From positions 1-34,617 of the IMG/VR virus record IMGVR_UViG_3300035140_000009: a stretch of DNA of 34,617 nt; one strand, given 5' to 3'. Each line of letters opens with the position of its first letter. Position 1 is the stretch's first letter. The DNA is from a virus. Taxonomy: Duplodnaviria; Caudoviricetes. The notes below the pieces were generated by a model. The model was not told the origin of the DNA, ran no database searches, and saw only the letters and a list, made by a program, of their open reading frames with translations. A program made the position numbers and the translations under genes. Below, piece after piece: positions 8,153 to 16,907 of the stretch.

Positions 8153-10867
8153 ATGACAATCAATCCAGATTTACCAAGACCAGTAAACCAGCCAGGCGCT
8201 GATACTGGTACTGTTCTTACTGAAATGGAAGGGCAAGCTCCTTTCGAACTTCCTAACCAGGGGACTGAAGTCGCTGGTATTGGTGGCACTATAATTAAAC
8301 GAATTTTAAAAGAGGCTGAAGTTCCTGGTCCTGGTGTTCCTAAGGAAAAGGAACTGGTTACTACGCCTGAGAAACCTACTGAACCGAAAGAAATCCTGGA
8401 AGCTGAGCCTGAAGCTGAGCGTATAGGTGAGCTGGAGTTCGAGGCCTTTGATGTCGATGATACTCATCACATTAATTTCGACATGATTGAAACGACTGAT
8501 GATATTAAGTCCGTGATTGCGGATGTCGGAGAACGTCAGAAATACAAGATTGATGAAGCTCGCCGTGGAAAGATTACAAACCAGGAATTAATGAGGCTTT
8601 CATCCGAGTTGAATATTAACCAGGATATTGTCCGCCAGGTAATGGAGCGGGAATCCGGTGGCATTTTGAATGCCGAGACTATCCTGGGCGCTCGCCAGGT
8701 ATTGAATGGATCCTCCAAGCGAATTGTTGACCTGGCTAAAAAGGTCCGGGCTGGAGATGCTGATGACCGTGAGAAACTGTCTTTCCTTCGCCAGGTTCAA
8801 TTCCATCGCGAATACCAGGCTCAATTCATGGGCGCCAGGGCGGAGGCTGGTCGAGCGCTGAATGCCTTCTCTATTCCTGTCGGAGCTGATGATGTTTCCA
8901 TTGCCAGGATGAAGGAACTGACTGACGTTGTTCATGGTGGCAATATCGACAAAATGGCAGATATGTTCGCTGAGGCGGATTCTGTTGAACAGGTCGGCAC
9001 CATGGCGAAGCTTTCTGTACGTGAAAAAATTGCTGGCTCTGCTTATGAGGTTTTCGTTAATTCAATCCTTTCCGGGATTAAAACCCATGTTGTTAATACA
9101 TCGGGTAATGCTCTATTCCAGGGAATGAATATCGCTGAGACAGCTGTGGCTGCTCAGATAGGTCGATTCATGTCTGGAGAGGAACATGTCATGGTAGGTG
9201 AAGCGAAGGCTCACCTGTATGGAATGATGAGCTCTTATCGCGATGCTATGCGCGTAGGCTGGAAAGGATTGAAAACCGGTGAAGGTGCTGATGTCAGTAA
9301 GCTGGAAACCAGGCATAAAAAATTTATTAGCTCTGAAACCCTGGAGATTACTGGCCCAGCTGGAAGAGCTGTGGACCTCCTGGGGAGCGTGATTCGTTTT
9401 CCGACTGAGCGCTTGCTTACTTCAGAAGATGAGTTCTTTAAGACTTTCGCTAAACGTGGCGCATTGACCCAGCTGGCTTATCGCGAAGCTGCCAGGCGCC
9501 AGGCTTCAGAGAACCTAACTGATGCACAAACCGCCCAGGTTCTGAAGGATTTCCTGGAGAATCCTCCTGAGGGCGCCCTGGCTCAGATGGATGAACATGC
9601 CCTATATTCAACTTTCCAGAATCCCCTGGGAGAGAAGGGTCGAGCTGCTCAGAAATTTGTCGCGAGTATTCCTGGTGTTCGTTACCTGGCGCCGTTCATG
9701 CGTACTCCTATCAACTTATTCAAAGACGGCCTGATGGAGCGATCTCCCCTGGCTGCATTTTCGAGGAAATTCCATGAGGAAATTCGAGCTGGTGGTGCAC
9801 GTAGGGATATGGCTCTGGCAAGAGTCTCTATGGGGAGTCTTACTGTTCTCTCTGTTGCTGTGGGTGTTGATTCTGGCGCCATCACCGGAGGCGGGCCATC
9901 GGACGCGTCCGCCAGGAAAGCGCTCCAGGCAACCGGGTGGAAACCTTACTCCATACGGATAGAGGATCCCATTACTGGCAAAGTGACTTATCAGAGCTAT
10001 CAGCGCGGTGAGCCTTTGTCGTATGTTATCGGTGCGACTGCTGATGCTGTCGAGATTGCAAAATATACAGATTATGATGATGAGATGATTGAAGAGGATG
10101 AGCGTATTACTCGCTTAATGGCCTCAGTGGTTGCTGGTGTTGCTAATAACACAATGAGCAAAACTTTCCTCTCAGGCCTGGCTGATTTTAACCAGGCAGT
10201 CAGTGATCCTGGTCGTTATGCAAAAGGCTGGGCTCAGCGGATGGCTGGCGCCTTTATTCCATATTCAGCATTCCGCCGTGATATGTCGAAAATCCAGGAC
10301 CCGATTATGAGAGATGCCTGGGACTTCAAGGAGAAGCTTCGCGCTACGGGTGGTTTACCTGGCTGGTCGGAAGATTCTCCTCCCAGGCTGGATATTTATG
10401 GGGAACAGATTTATCACCCTCGAGGCGATGTCCTGGGCGTCCTGACTCCATATCCTGATGCTCCTGAAACCACTGACCCGATAAAACTGGAAGTGGCTCA
10501 GCTGATGCTGGAATCGAAAAAGGTCCCGATTCGCATGATGAGCAAGCGCGTGGAAGGGATGAAGCTGACTAACCAGGAATATCATACTCTGACATCCATG
10601 GCGAGAAGTGAGCTGAAACTGTCTGGTAAGACGTTTAAACAGGCATTACAGAAAACTATGAACTCGAAGCTTTACCGGATGGCAACTGTTGATACTCAAG
10701 TTATGTTGCTGAAGGAAGTCCAGCAGGGATTCGATAATGCTGCCAAGGCAAAACTTTACCTGGATGATGCTGAGTATCGTGATCGGCTGAATCGATTCCG
10801 GGCTAAAAAAGCAAAACAGCGGGTAGGAGAATCTCTACCTGAAAGGTTAAAAATGATGGCTGAATAG
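8153..10867 (+). CDS. Large internal virion/ejection protein (gp16-like position)
   Basis: 904 aa helical; PFMRTPIN, GWKPYSI, YQRGEPL motifs typical of large podoviral ejection proteins; precedes the tail fibre. Confidence 0.75.
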   Translation: MTINPDLPRPVNQPGADTGTVLTEMEGQAPFELPNQGTEVAGIGGTIIKRILKEAEVPGPGVPKEKELVTTPEKPTEPKEILEAEPEAERIGELEFEAFDVDDTHHINFDMIETTDDIKSVIADVGERQKYKIDEARRGKITNQELMRLSSELNINQDIVRQVMERESGGILNAETILGARQVLNGSSKRIVDLAKKVRAGDADDREKLSFLRQVQFHREYQAQFMGARAEAGRALNAFSIPVGADDVSIARMKELTDVVHGGNIDKMADMFAEADSVEQVGTMAKLSVREKIAGSAYEVFVNSILSGIKTHVVNTSGNALFQGMNIAETAVAAQIGRFMSGEEHVMVGEAKAHLYGMMSSYRDAMRVGWKGLKTGEGADVSKLETRHKKFISSETLEITGPAGRAVDLLGSVIRFPTERLLTSEDEFFKTFAKRGALTQLAYREAARRQASENLTDAQTAQVLKDFLENPPEGALAQMDEHALYSTFQNPLGEKGRAAQKFVASIPGVRYLAPFMRTPINLFKDGLMERSPLAAFSRKFHEEIRAGGARRDMALARVSMGSLTVLSVAVGVDSGAITGGGPSDASARKALQATGWKPYSIRIEDPITGKVTYQSYQRGEPLSYVIGATADAVEIAKYTDYDDEMIEEDERITRLMASVVAGVANNTMSKTFLSGLADFNQAVSDPGRYAKGWAQRMAGAFIPYSAFRRDMSKIQDPIMRDAWDFKEKLRATGGLPGWSEDSPPRLDIYGEQIYHPRGDVLGVLTPYPDAPETTDPIKLEVAQLMLESKKVPIRMMSKRVEGMKLTNQEYHTLTSMARSELKLSGKTFKQALQKTMNSKLYRMATVDTQVMLLKEVQQGFDNAAKAKLYLDDAEYRDRLNRFRAKKAKQRVGESLPERLKMMAE

Positions 10868-10917
10868 GCTACACTAGGGACAGCTCCCAAGGCGGTCCCT
10901 TATTTCGAGGGATACAC

Positions 10918-12390
10918 ATGGCAGATTTATTAGTAAATGACGTTACACCCAGGGCGCAATATATCGCTTCCGCTGGGCAAACTATTTTCCCCTACAATTT
11001 CGCAATATTCGAAGACGCGGACCTCAAGGTTTATCTCACTCCTAACGGAGCAACTCCTGACGATGCTACTGATATCCTTACCTTAACAACGGATTACACT
11101 GTTGACGGTGAGGCAACTACATCGGGCGGAGACGTTACCCTGGTGAGCCCAGCTTCCGCTGGTGATACTATTACGATTGTTCGTGATGTTCCTGTTGCTC
11201 GAACTTCAGATTATCAAACCCTGGGAGACTTCCTGGCTGAGACTGTTAATGATGACATGGATAAGTTTGTCATGATGGTCCAGCAGCAAGAAAATGCCCT
11301 GGCTGGTCGATTATTAAAATTCCTGGAAACAGCTAATCTTACTGGTGTTGATACCAAGCTTCCTGCTCCAGCTGCTGATGAAGTTCTCAAGTGGAATTCC
11401 ACTGGTGATGGCCTGGTCGGAGTTAAAATTACTGATCTGGATCCGACTGTTTCTGCAGTAACCGCTTTTGTATTAACTCTTTTGGATGATCCGGATGCTG
11501 ATACTTTCTGGAATACGCTAACCGCTGCCATGGGTGATAAGGCAAATGCCCGCTCTGATCTAGGTGCACCAGGTTTAGTAGATGCAAATGTATTCACTAA
11601 CACCAATACATTCACCAAGTTACAAAAATGGGCCAAAGGCGCAGACGTTGCTTCAGCTTCAGCATTGGCACTTGGTGATGATGGTAATTATTTTGATATT
11701 ACTGGATCAGTTACAATCAACTCTATCAATACAAAAGGTATTGGTACTGTTGTCATGTTGCAATTTGATGCATCCCCGGTATTAACTCATCATGCTACTA
11801 ACTTCATTCTCCCAGGTGCAGCAAATATTACAGCTGCACCAGGTGATAAAGCGATATTTGTTGAATGGGCAACTGGTGATTGGGAATGTGTTTCTTATCA
11901 AAAAGCAGACGGAACACCACTTTATGAAAATAAACAATCAGATGACATTATCCAGGAAGTTATTACTACTGATGGAGAAGTAGCAACCGGGACTACTGTG
12001 ATACCTTTTGATGATACTATCCCTCAAAATACTGAGGGTGATGAATATATGACAGTCACCATTACCCCTACTGATGCAGCAAATAAATTAATTATTGAGG
12101 CAGCAGCAGCCATGGCGTGTTCTGGTTCTGGTTCCACTCAAAAAATGGCTTTATTTCAAGATGCAATCGCTAATGCTCTTGCATGTTCAGTTAAAAGGCA
12201 AGCAACAACAAATACTATGGATAGGCTTGCATTAAGATATGAAATGGTAGCTGGAACAACTTCAGCCATTACCTTTAAAATTCGTGCTGGCGGTTCTTCT
12301 GGAACATTAACATTTAATGGTTCTAGTTTGGCTCGTCGTTTCGGTGGTGTATTAGATTCGTTTATTAGGGTTAGGGAGATCAAAGCATGA
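10918..12390 (+). CDS. Tail fibre protein (T7 gp17-like N-terminal anchor)
   Basis: YIASAGQTIFPYNF..DLKVY..DYTV..GGDVTL..GDTITIVR..D N-terminal motif; beta-rich C-terminus. Confidence 0.88.
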   Translation: MADLLVNDVTPRAQYIASAGQTIFPYNFAIFEDADLKVYLTPNGATPDDATDILTLTTDYTVDGEATTSGGDVTLVSPASAGDTITIVRDVPVARTSDYQTLGDFLAETVNDDMDKFVMMVQQQENALAGRLLKFLETANLTGVDTKLPAPAADEVLKWNSTGDGLVGVKITDLDPTVSAVTAFVLTLLDDPDADTFWNTLTAAMGDKANARSDLGAPGLVDANVFTNTNTFTKLQKWAKGADVASASALALGDDGNYFDITGSVTINSINTKGIGTVVMLQFDASPVLTHHATNFILPGAANITAAPGDKAIFVEWATGDWECVSYQKADGTPLYENKQSDDIIQEVITTDGEVATGTTVIPFDDTIPQNTEGDEYMTVTITPTDAANKLIIEAAAAMACSGSGSTQKMALFQDAIANALACSVKRQATTNTMDRLALRYEMVAGTTSAITFKIRAGGSSGTLTFNGSSLARRFGGVLDSFIRVREIKA

Positions 12391-12701
12391 ATATAGCACA
12401 TGTTATAAGCTGGAAATTCAATGATCAACCAGGTATGCGCTGTAAAGAAATTGATGGCGTGATGACTATTATAGATTTCCCTGGTGGCATTCCTTCACAA
12501 GCTGAACAGGATCAATGGATAGCTGAATATGCAGCAGCTGAGCCGTGGAAGGATCAACAAATTGAAGAGGAGCTGGGCTCTGACGCTATTCGTATAATTA
12601 TTGAAACGATTGTCCCTATGATTCAGGATGGCTCAATTACATCAATAACGCCTGGGCAAGTAATCGCCCAAGCGAAAACAAACAGGAGAGCTGAATTATG
12701 A
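12387..12701 (+). CDS. Hypothetical protein, possible tail-fibre accessory/chaperone
   Basis: Coupled to the fibre stop codon; position typical of fibre assembly proteins. Confidence 0.45.
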   Translation: MNIAHVISWKFNDQPGMRCKEIDGVMTIIDFPGGIPSQAEQDQWIAEYAAAEPWKDQQIEEELGSDAIRIIIETIVPMIQDGSITSITPGQVIAQAKTNRRAEL

Positions 12702-13030
12702 TATTCATATATTCTGTAGTCGGGATGGCTTTTTTCATTTCCTTTGTTTTTATTTACTACATTGCAGCCATGCACATCCGCAAGGTCATTGACCAGGTAG
12801 GCATGGGAACCAAGCTGATTATTTTCCCGGCCTTCGCGGTCGGATTGATTCTCTATGCTGCATTGAATGTGACTGTCGGCACTCTGTTGTTTTTACAGCT
12901 ACCCAAATCCCTACAATTCACTGACCGGTTAAAACGTAACCTGGAAGCGAGAGATGGATCCTGGCGCTACAAGCAAGCTGTCTGGTGGTGCGCTCACCTG
13001 GAGATTTTTGATGAGGGCCATTGTGAGTAA
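12698..13030 (+). CDS. Membrane protein (about 2 TM segments)
   Basis: Two hydrophobic stretches; GGAG RBS; upstream of the endolysin. Confidence 0.6.
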   Translation: MIFIYSVVGMAFFISFVFIYYIAAMHIRKVIDQVGMGTKLIIFPAFAVGLILYAALNVTVGTLLFLQLPKSLQFTDRLKRNLEARDGSWRYKQAVWWCAHLEIFDEGHCE

Positions 13031-13511
13031 TTGGCCTCCCCATTTCAGCCTGGCGGAATTTACCAGGTCACAAACAGCAGCAAGGAAAGGAATCGACAAC
13101 TCACCCCCGGATATTCAAACTGAAGCGAATATCATCAGGACCGCCTGGTTCCTGGAAACATTACGATCCAAGTTAAGAGTTAAATATGGGAAAGTAATGT
13201 ATATCATTATTTCATCAGGATACCGTTGCCCTGAGCTGAATGCTGCCATCGGTGGCTCTAAGACATCAGCTCACATGAGGGGCCTGGCTGCAGATATTTC
13301 CTGCCCAGGATTAACTCCTTTGGAACTGGCCCGGTTTATCGCTGACAATATGATTGAGGAAGACTTCGACCAGGTTATCCATGAGTTCGGTCGATGGGTA
13401 CACCTGGGTTTATCTGACAGTCTCCCTCGCCAGCAGTTATTGACTGCCATGAAAAGTAATGGCAGAACAGTTTATAAACCTGGACTATTGGAGATCCCCC
13501 CTCATGCCTGA
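13023..13511 (+). CDS. Endolysin, peptidase M15A family Zn peptidase
   Basis: HFSLAEF, ISSGYRCPELNAAIGG, SAHMRGLAAD, WVHLG motifs; start probably GTG 13023 (ATG 13011 possible). Confidence 0.9.
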   Translation: MSNWPPHFSLAEFTRSQTAARKGIDNSPPDIQTEANIIRTAWFLETLRSKLRVKYGKVMYIIISSGYRCPELNAAIGGSKTSAHMRGLAADISCPGLTPLELARFIADNMIEEDFDQVIHEFGRWVHLGLSDSLPRQQLLTAMKSNGRTVYKPGLLEIPPHA

Positions 13512-13863
13512 AGATGACAAATTATATACACAAGCTGACCTGGAACATGCGAAAGCAATGGCAACTGTCCAGGCAACCCTGGCGGTCATTCGCGAAGATT
13601 TAACCTCGCATGAAGCTGATGATGAAAAAAACTTCGGCAATATTCATAAGGCTATTCGGAGTGTTGCTGAGGATGTTGTTGAGATTCCGAAGACAGTTTA
13701 TAAATGCCGGGACCAGCTTGAGGCAGATATTGAAAAAGGATATGTGTCACAAAATCAATTTAATAAACTGACTTATACCCTCGGAGGTATTGTCCTGGTC
13801 GGAATGTTCATGACCTGGGCTATCAGTTTATATGTCAATGTTCAGAAACTAGCAGGAGGCTGA
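13504..13863 (+). CDS. Coiled-coil protein with C-terminal TM (lysis cassette)
   Basis: GGAG upstream of ATG 13504; C-terminal LTYTLGGIVLVGMFMTWAISLYV hydrophobic helix. Confidence 0.6.
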   Translation: MPEDDKLYTQADLEHAKAMATVQATLAVIREDLTSHEADDEKNFGNIHKAIRSVAEDVVEIPKTVYKCRDQLEADIEKGYVSQNQFNKLTYTLGGIVLVGMFMTWAISLYVNVQKLAGG

Positions 13864-13864
13864 T

Positions 13865-14197
13865 ATGAAATGGCTGAGATGGTTATTATTATTTTTACCC
13901 TTAACGGTTTTTGCTGGTGGTGGTCATCATCATCACAATCATGATTACAAGATTTATTCCGTAATCGAACAGTATTCCGGTTCCGCCCTGGCGATGGCGA
14001 TGGCCCAGGGAAGTATTGATACCGGGACCTTGAAATGGCAGCTCTCAGCTGGCGTGGCTCAGTTTGATGACAACGAGGCTTTCATGATTGGTATAGGGAA
14101 AAAATTCTGTGGTGATTGTGGGGTCCTGAGTATTTCAGCTGGACGCGAGGAAGGCCATACCGGTGTCGCTGCTGGGTATAGCTTTAAATTACCATGA
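13865..14197 (+). CDS. Secreted protein with YadA-like trimeric autotransporter anchor and His-rich mini-passenger
   Basis: AGGAGG RBS; signal peptide MKWLRWLLLFLPLTVFA; GSALAMAMA helix then four G-rich amphipathic strands (LSAGVAQF, AFMIGIG, LSISAG, GVAAGYSF). Confidence 0.7.
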   Translation: MKWLRWLLLFLPLTVFAGGGHHHHNHDYKIYSVIEQYSGSALAMAMAQGSIDTGTLKWQLSAGVAQFDDNEAFMIGIGKKFCGDCGVLSISAGREEGHTGVAAGYSFKLP

Positions 14198-14442
14198 TGA
14201 AAAAATTCCTGGAGCTCCTGAGTTTCTTCCTGGTCCACTGGCGGATGATTGTCAGTGTTCTTTCCTTCCTGGGTATCCTGGGAGCGGGCGGATATTATTA
14301 CCTGGATGATGAGGTCCAGGTAGTAAAGCCGGAACCAGGCAAGGAAGTTATCAGGGAGATCCATCATAAAACTGACTGCAAACCTTGTCGAGATTATACT
14401 GACGAGCAAATCAGGAAACATGAAAGCGGAGGACTGCACTGA
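14194..14442 (+). CDS. N-terminal TM protein with CxxC (i-spanin-like topology)
   Basis: TM IVSVLSFLGILGAGGYYYL; C-terminal soluble part with CKPC. Confidence 0.5.
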   Translation: MMKKFLELLSFFLVHWRMIVSVLSFLGILGAGGYYYLDDEVQVVKPEPGKEVIREIHHKTDCKPCRDYTDEQIRKHESGGLH

Positions 14443-14861
14443 TGTTTAAATGGCTGACAGGATTATTCGGATCATCAAAGAATACTGAGACTGTTGTGGA
14501 AACCGCTGCAAAGGGGATTTATAACGGGCTGGATATGCTCGTCTATACGAACGAGGAAAAAGCCCAGGCCCTGGCTGAAGGTCGTAAGGTATTCCTGAAG
14601 TTTGTTGACAAGGCTTATGACCAGAACTCCATCCGTTCAGTAACCAGGCGCTGGCTGGCTTTCCTGGTGGTAGGTCCGACAATAGTGTTCCTGGTGCTCT
14701 CCGCGATATTCCATGGTATCGGGACCTTTGGATCTTCCCAGGCCTCGATTGATTATGCGAAATATTTATTCAGTATGGCCCAGGTCCTGGTCCCTTGGGC
14801 TGGTGGTGTTTTGATTTTCTATTTTGGTCCTCACTTGATTGGTGCTGCCAGGAAAAAATAA
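14442..14861 (+). CDS. Holin (GTA/3TM-holin-like)
   Basis: Amphipathic N-terminus, LD.L.YT.EEKA, S..R..R then TM segments ending in FYFG. Confidence 0.75.
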   Translation: MFKWLTGLFGSSKNTETVVETAAKGIYNGLDMLVYTNEEKAQALAEGRKVFLKFVDKAYDQNSIRSVTRRWLAFLVVGPTIVFLVLSAIFHGIGTFGSSQASIDYAKYLFSMAQVLVPWAGGVLIFYFGPHLIGAARKK

Positions 14862-15004
14862 TGCCCTGTTACTCATGTGGAAAAGGGAAATACAAATATG
14901 GCAAAAAAGGTAATTGTCAATTTCCCTCATTGAAGCGCTGCAAGGCTGCAGCCAGGGCCATTCATGCAAAAGAAAAGGGGAGTAAGAGTCTGCTCCCCAA
15001 GTAA
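14861..15004 (+). CDS. Small basic Cys-containing protein
   Basis: TAATG coupling at 14859-14863; 47 aa MPCYSCGKGKYKYG. Confidence 0.55.
   Translation: MPCYSCGKGKYKYGKKGNCQFPSLKRCKAAARAIHAKEKGSKSLLPK
14968..14998 (-). terminator. Intrinsic terminator of the leftward (early) transcript
   Basis: Minus strand GGGGAG-CAGACTCTTA-CTCCCC-TTTTCTTTT at the convergence of the two operons. Confidence 0.65.
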
Positions 15005-15094
15005 TTATTTAAACAGCCCGATCCACCAGGCCACTAACAAAAGAAACACTATGGTCGGTACTGCCAGCAATAGTTGAAGTAGTAATTTTTTCAT
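15005..15094 (-). CDS. Small membrane peptide (29 aa)
   Basis: MKKLLLQLLLAVPTIVFLLLVAWWIGLFK; ATGA-coupled to the upstream ORF; below the ORF-track cutoff. Confidence 0.55.
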   Translation of the reverse strand: MKKLLLQLLLAVPTIVFLLLVAWWIGLFK

Positions 15095-15213
15095 ATCCAC
15101 TCATCTCTCTTCTTTCGTTCTTTCTCCTGGCCTTCGACATACCCAGCCAAAAAAGCCAAGGCAATTATTAACCCGGTTATGATTACTGCTTTCCACCATA
15201 TCACTTCAATCAT
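15091..15213 (-). CDS. Small membrane peptide (40 aa)
   Basis: AAGGAG RBS; MIEVIWWKAVIITGLIIALAFLAGYVEGQEKERKKRDEWI. Confidence 0.6.
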   Translation of the reverse strand: MIEVIWWKAVIITGLIIALAFLAGYVEGQEKERKKRDEWI

Positions 15214-15224
15214 GATTTTTCTCC

Positions 15225-15440
15225 TTATAGGTTTTGGGTTGTTACCTGCTCAAAATTATCCAGAAATGATTTGTGCATCCAGTCCATACTTCTAGGGCCA
15301 GCCTCAACCATTACATTTCGGTTTTGTTTGTCTGTTTGCGTCACTGCCACAATGCTTCCTTTTGGTATAGTGAACACAGATACACCCATTCTCGCTTTAA
15401 CATCTTTCTTTGCTTGCCAACTTCCTAATAATTCATCCAT
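15225..15440 (-). CDS. Hypothetical protein (cassette 2)
   Basis: AAGGAG RBS within the head repeat; 71 aa. Confidence 0.7.
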   Translation of the reverse strand: MDELLGSWQAKKDVKARMGVSVFTIPKGSIVAVTQTDKQNRNVMVEAGPRSMDWMHKSFLDNFEQVTTQNL

Positions 15441-15621
15441 CTGTTCTACTCCTTATCCCCTTATAGGTTTTGGGTTGTAACATCCACACGCAAAAATATT
15501 TATCCGTAATGCGTTCAAGATGCTTTAATTTTGCAATAGCTTCCAACTCGTTAAAGGCGCGAAGCAAATATCCGTTTCCGTTCTTACGATAAACTTTATA
15601 GTAAGATTGGTATTCATCCAT
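15433..15621 (-). CDS. Hypothetical protein (cassette 1)
   Basis: AAGGAG RBS within the head repeat; 62 aa. Confidence 0.65.
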   Translation of the reverse strand: MDEYQSYYKVYRKNGNGYLLRAFNELEAIAKLKHLERITDKYFCVWMLQPKTYKGIRSRTDG

Positions 15622-15658
15622 CTGTTCTACTCCTTATCCATTAAAGGGTGGAATCCAG

Positions 15659-15826
15659 TTACCTCCTGGCTTTATCCCTGACAAAAAATATAAGATTACC
15701 CTCAGCATCAACTGACACTCCAGCCAGGAACTTATTCAGCTCCTGGCCTTCGTGTTCTACCTTGCAAGGAATGTCCTGGTTTTCAGGAATATCCTTCAGG
15801 ATGTCCTTCAGCAAATTAAGATCCAT
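15659..15826 (-). CDS. Hypothetical protein (55 aa)
   Basis: MDLNLLKDILKDIPENQDIPCKVEHEGQE...; fills a gap in the leftward operon. Confidence 0.5.
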   Translation of the reverse strand: MDLNLLKDILKDIPENQDIPCKVEHEGQELNKFLAGVSVDAEGNLIFFVRDKARR

Positions 15827-16003
15827 TATTTTTCACCGTCAACAATGCGACAATCAGGCTATCGATTTCATTTTTCTCCATGTAAATCCGTTTACTGCCT
15901 GAACGAATGACAACATTATGATCACTGTTCCTGTCTTTTGAGACAGTTTGCTCAGCATAATTTCCCCAGGTTTTATACTTCTTTGACATGCTCCTCTCCT
16001 CGC

Positions 16004-16252
16004 CTATTGGCTGGCTTTAACAAAATGCTCCATCCTTTCGATGGTATCCTCAAGACCTCCCTGGTTACCCAGGGTAATAGCCTCGTTCCAGACGTCCAGG
16101 AGAGCTCTCCTGAAGCGTTCAATGTCCACTGGTCTATCCGGTTCATATTTATGAATAAACCTCTCCAGTGATGTGAGAGCCTGGTCATGCTCGATTTTAT
16201 TGGCTATTCGTTCATAACCAGGCAAATAACTCCTTTCTCCTTTCATCGACAT
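16004..16252 (-). CDS. Hypothetical protein
   Basis: GGAGG RBS immediately after the ssb stop. Confidence 0.65.
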   Translation of the reverse strand: MSMKGERSYLPGYERIANKIEHDQALTSLERFIHKYEPDRPVDIERFRRALLDVWNEAITLGNQGGLEDTIERMEHFVKASQ

Positions 16253-16261
16253 GGTTACCTC

Positions 16262-16684
16262 CTAGAACGGGATATTGTCATCGAAGTCAGGCTCAGCTGG
16301 TGAGCTTGCTGGTGGTTTATAATTACCGGCTGGCCCGGAATTGCTAGACTTACCGTCAAGCATCTCCATCACAATGACAACGACCTCAGTGGTATAGCGG
16401 TCCTGGCCTTCTTTATCCTGCCATTTTCTGGTCTGAAGTTTGCCTTCAATGTAAATCTTCGAGCCCTTGTGAAGGTACTCTCCGCAAATCTCAGCTAGGC
16501 GCTTGAATGCGACAACTCGATGCCATTCAGTCTTTTCAACTTTCTCGCCAGTGTTCCGGTCCTTATACTGCTCGGAAGTCGCGACTGTCAGATTCGCGAT
16601 GGCATCTCCGCCTGGTGAATATCGAATATCGACATCCTTGCCCAGGTTCCCTATTAGAATTACCTTATTTACTCCTCGACTCAT
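16262..16684 (-). CDS. ssb: Single-stranded DNA-binding protein
   Basis: [49 protein letters not shown]; start at ATG 16684 after AGGAG. Confidence 0.97.
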   Translation of the reverse strand: MSRGVNKVILIGNLGKDVDIRYSPGGDAIANLTVATSEQYKDRNTGEKVEKTEWHRVVAFKRLAEICGEYLHKGSKIYIEGKLQTRKWQDKEGQDRYTTEVVVIVMEMLDGKSSNSGPAGNYKPPASSPAEPDFDDNIPF

Positions 16685-16697
16685 TTCAGATTTTCTC

Positions 16698-16907
16698 CTA
16701 TGCAATGATGTTGTTTACAGCTTTGATGACTTCAACCAGGTCAAGCTCATCCGACTCCTGGATATAAATTTGCTCAGTGACCTCCTTCTTTTTCATGATT
16801 TCCGGGGTATATCCATAATCATCGTCTGGACCGGCTCCCCTTTCCCAGTCGCGCCCAGCTGGGATTTCCTTAATACTTGTCTTTTCGATTGTGATTTTAT
16901 ACTTCAA
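16698..16907 (-). CDS. Hypothetical protein
   Basis: Between exonuclease and ssb, AGGAG RBS, TTG start. Confidence 0.6.
   Translation of the reverse strand: MKYKITIEKTSIKEIPAGRDWERGAGPDDDYGYTPEIMKKKEVTEQIYIQESDELDLVEVIKAVNNIIA

Larger units (their letters stand above)
15223..15639. repeat. Two tandem gene cassettes with shared 28-bp head and 20-bp tail
   Basis: ATTCATCCATCTGTTCTACTCCTTATCC at 15431-15458 and 15612-15639; CCTTATAGGTTTTGGGTTGT at 15223-15242 and 15459-15478. Confidence 0.9.

Noticed and set aside
11214-11636. Long antisense ORFs, also 4974-5579, 5147-5338, 24601-25149, 28801-29256, 30530-30838
   Set aside because: Shadows of well-supported genes: the opposite strand encodes recognisable domains, and I saw no promoter plus RBS like that of 6041-6256.
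10918-12390. Diversity-generating retroelement targeting the fibre (BPP-1-like)
   Set aside because: No reverse transcriptase and no template/variable repeat pair seen.
15223-15639. CRISPR array or integron attC sites
   Set aside because: Only two units; the interiors are 130-190-bp coding sequences; repeats are not palindromic; no cas or integrase gene.
15818-15990. Possible frameshifted gene on the minus strand
   Set aside because: Would need two frameshifts to make one ORF; cannot be supported without reads or homologues.
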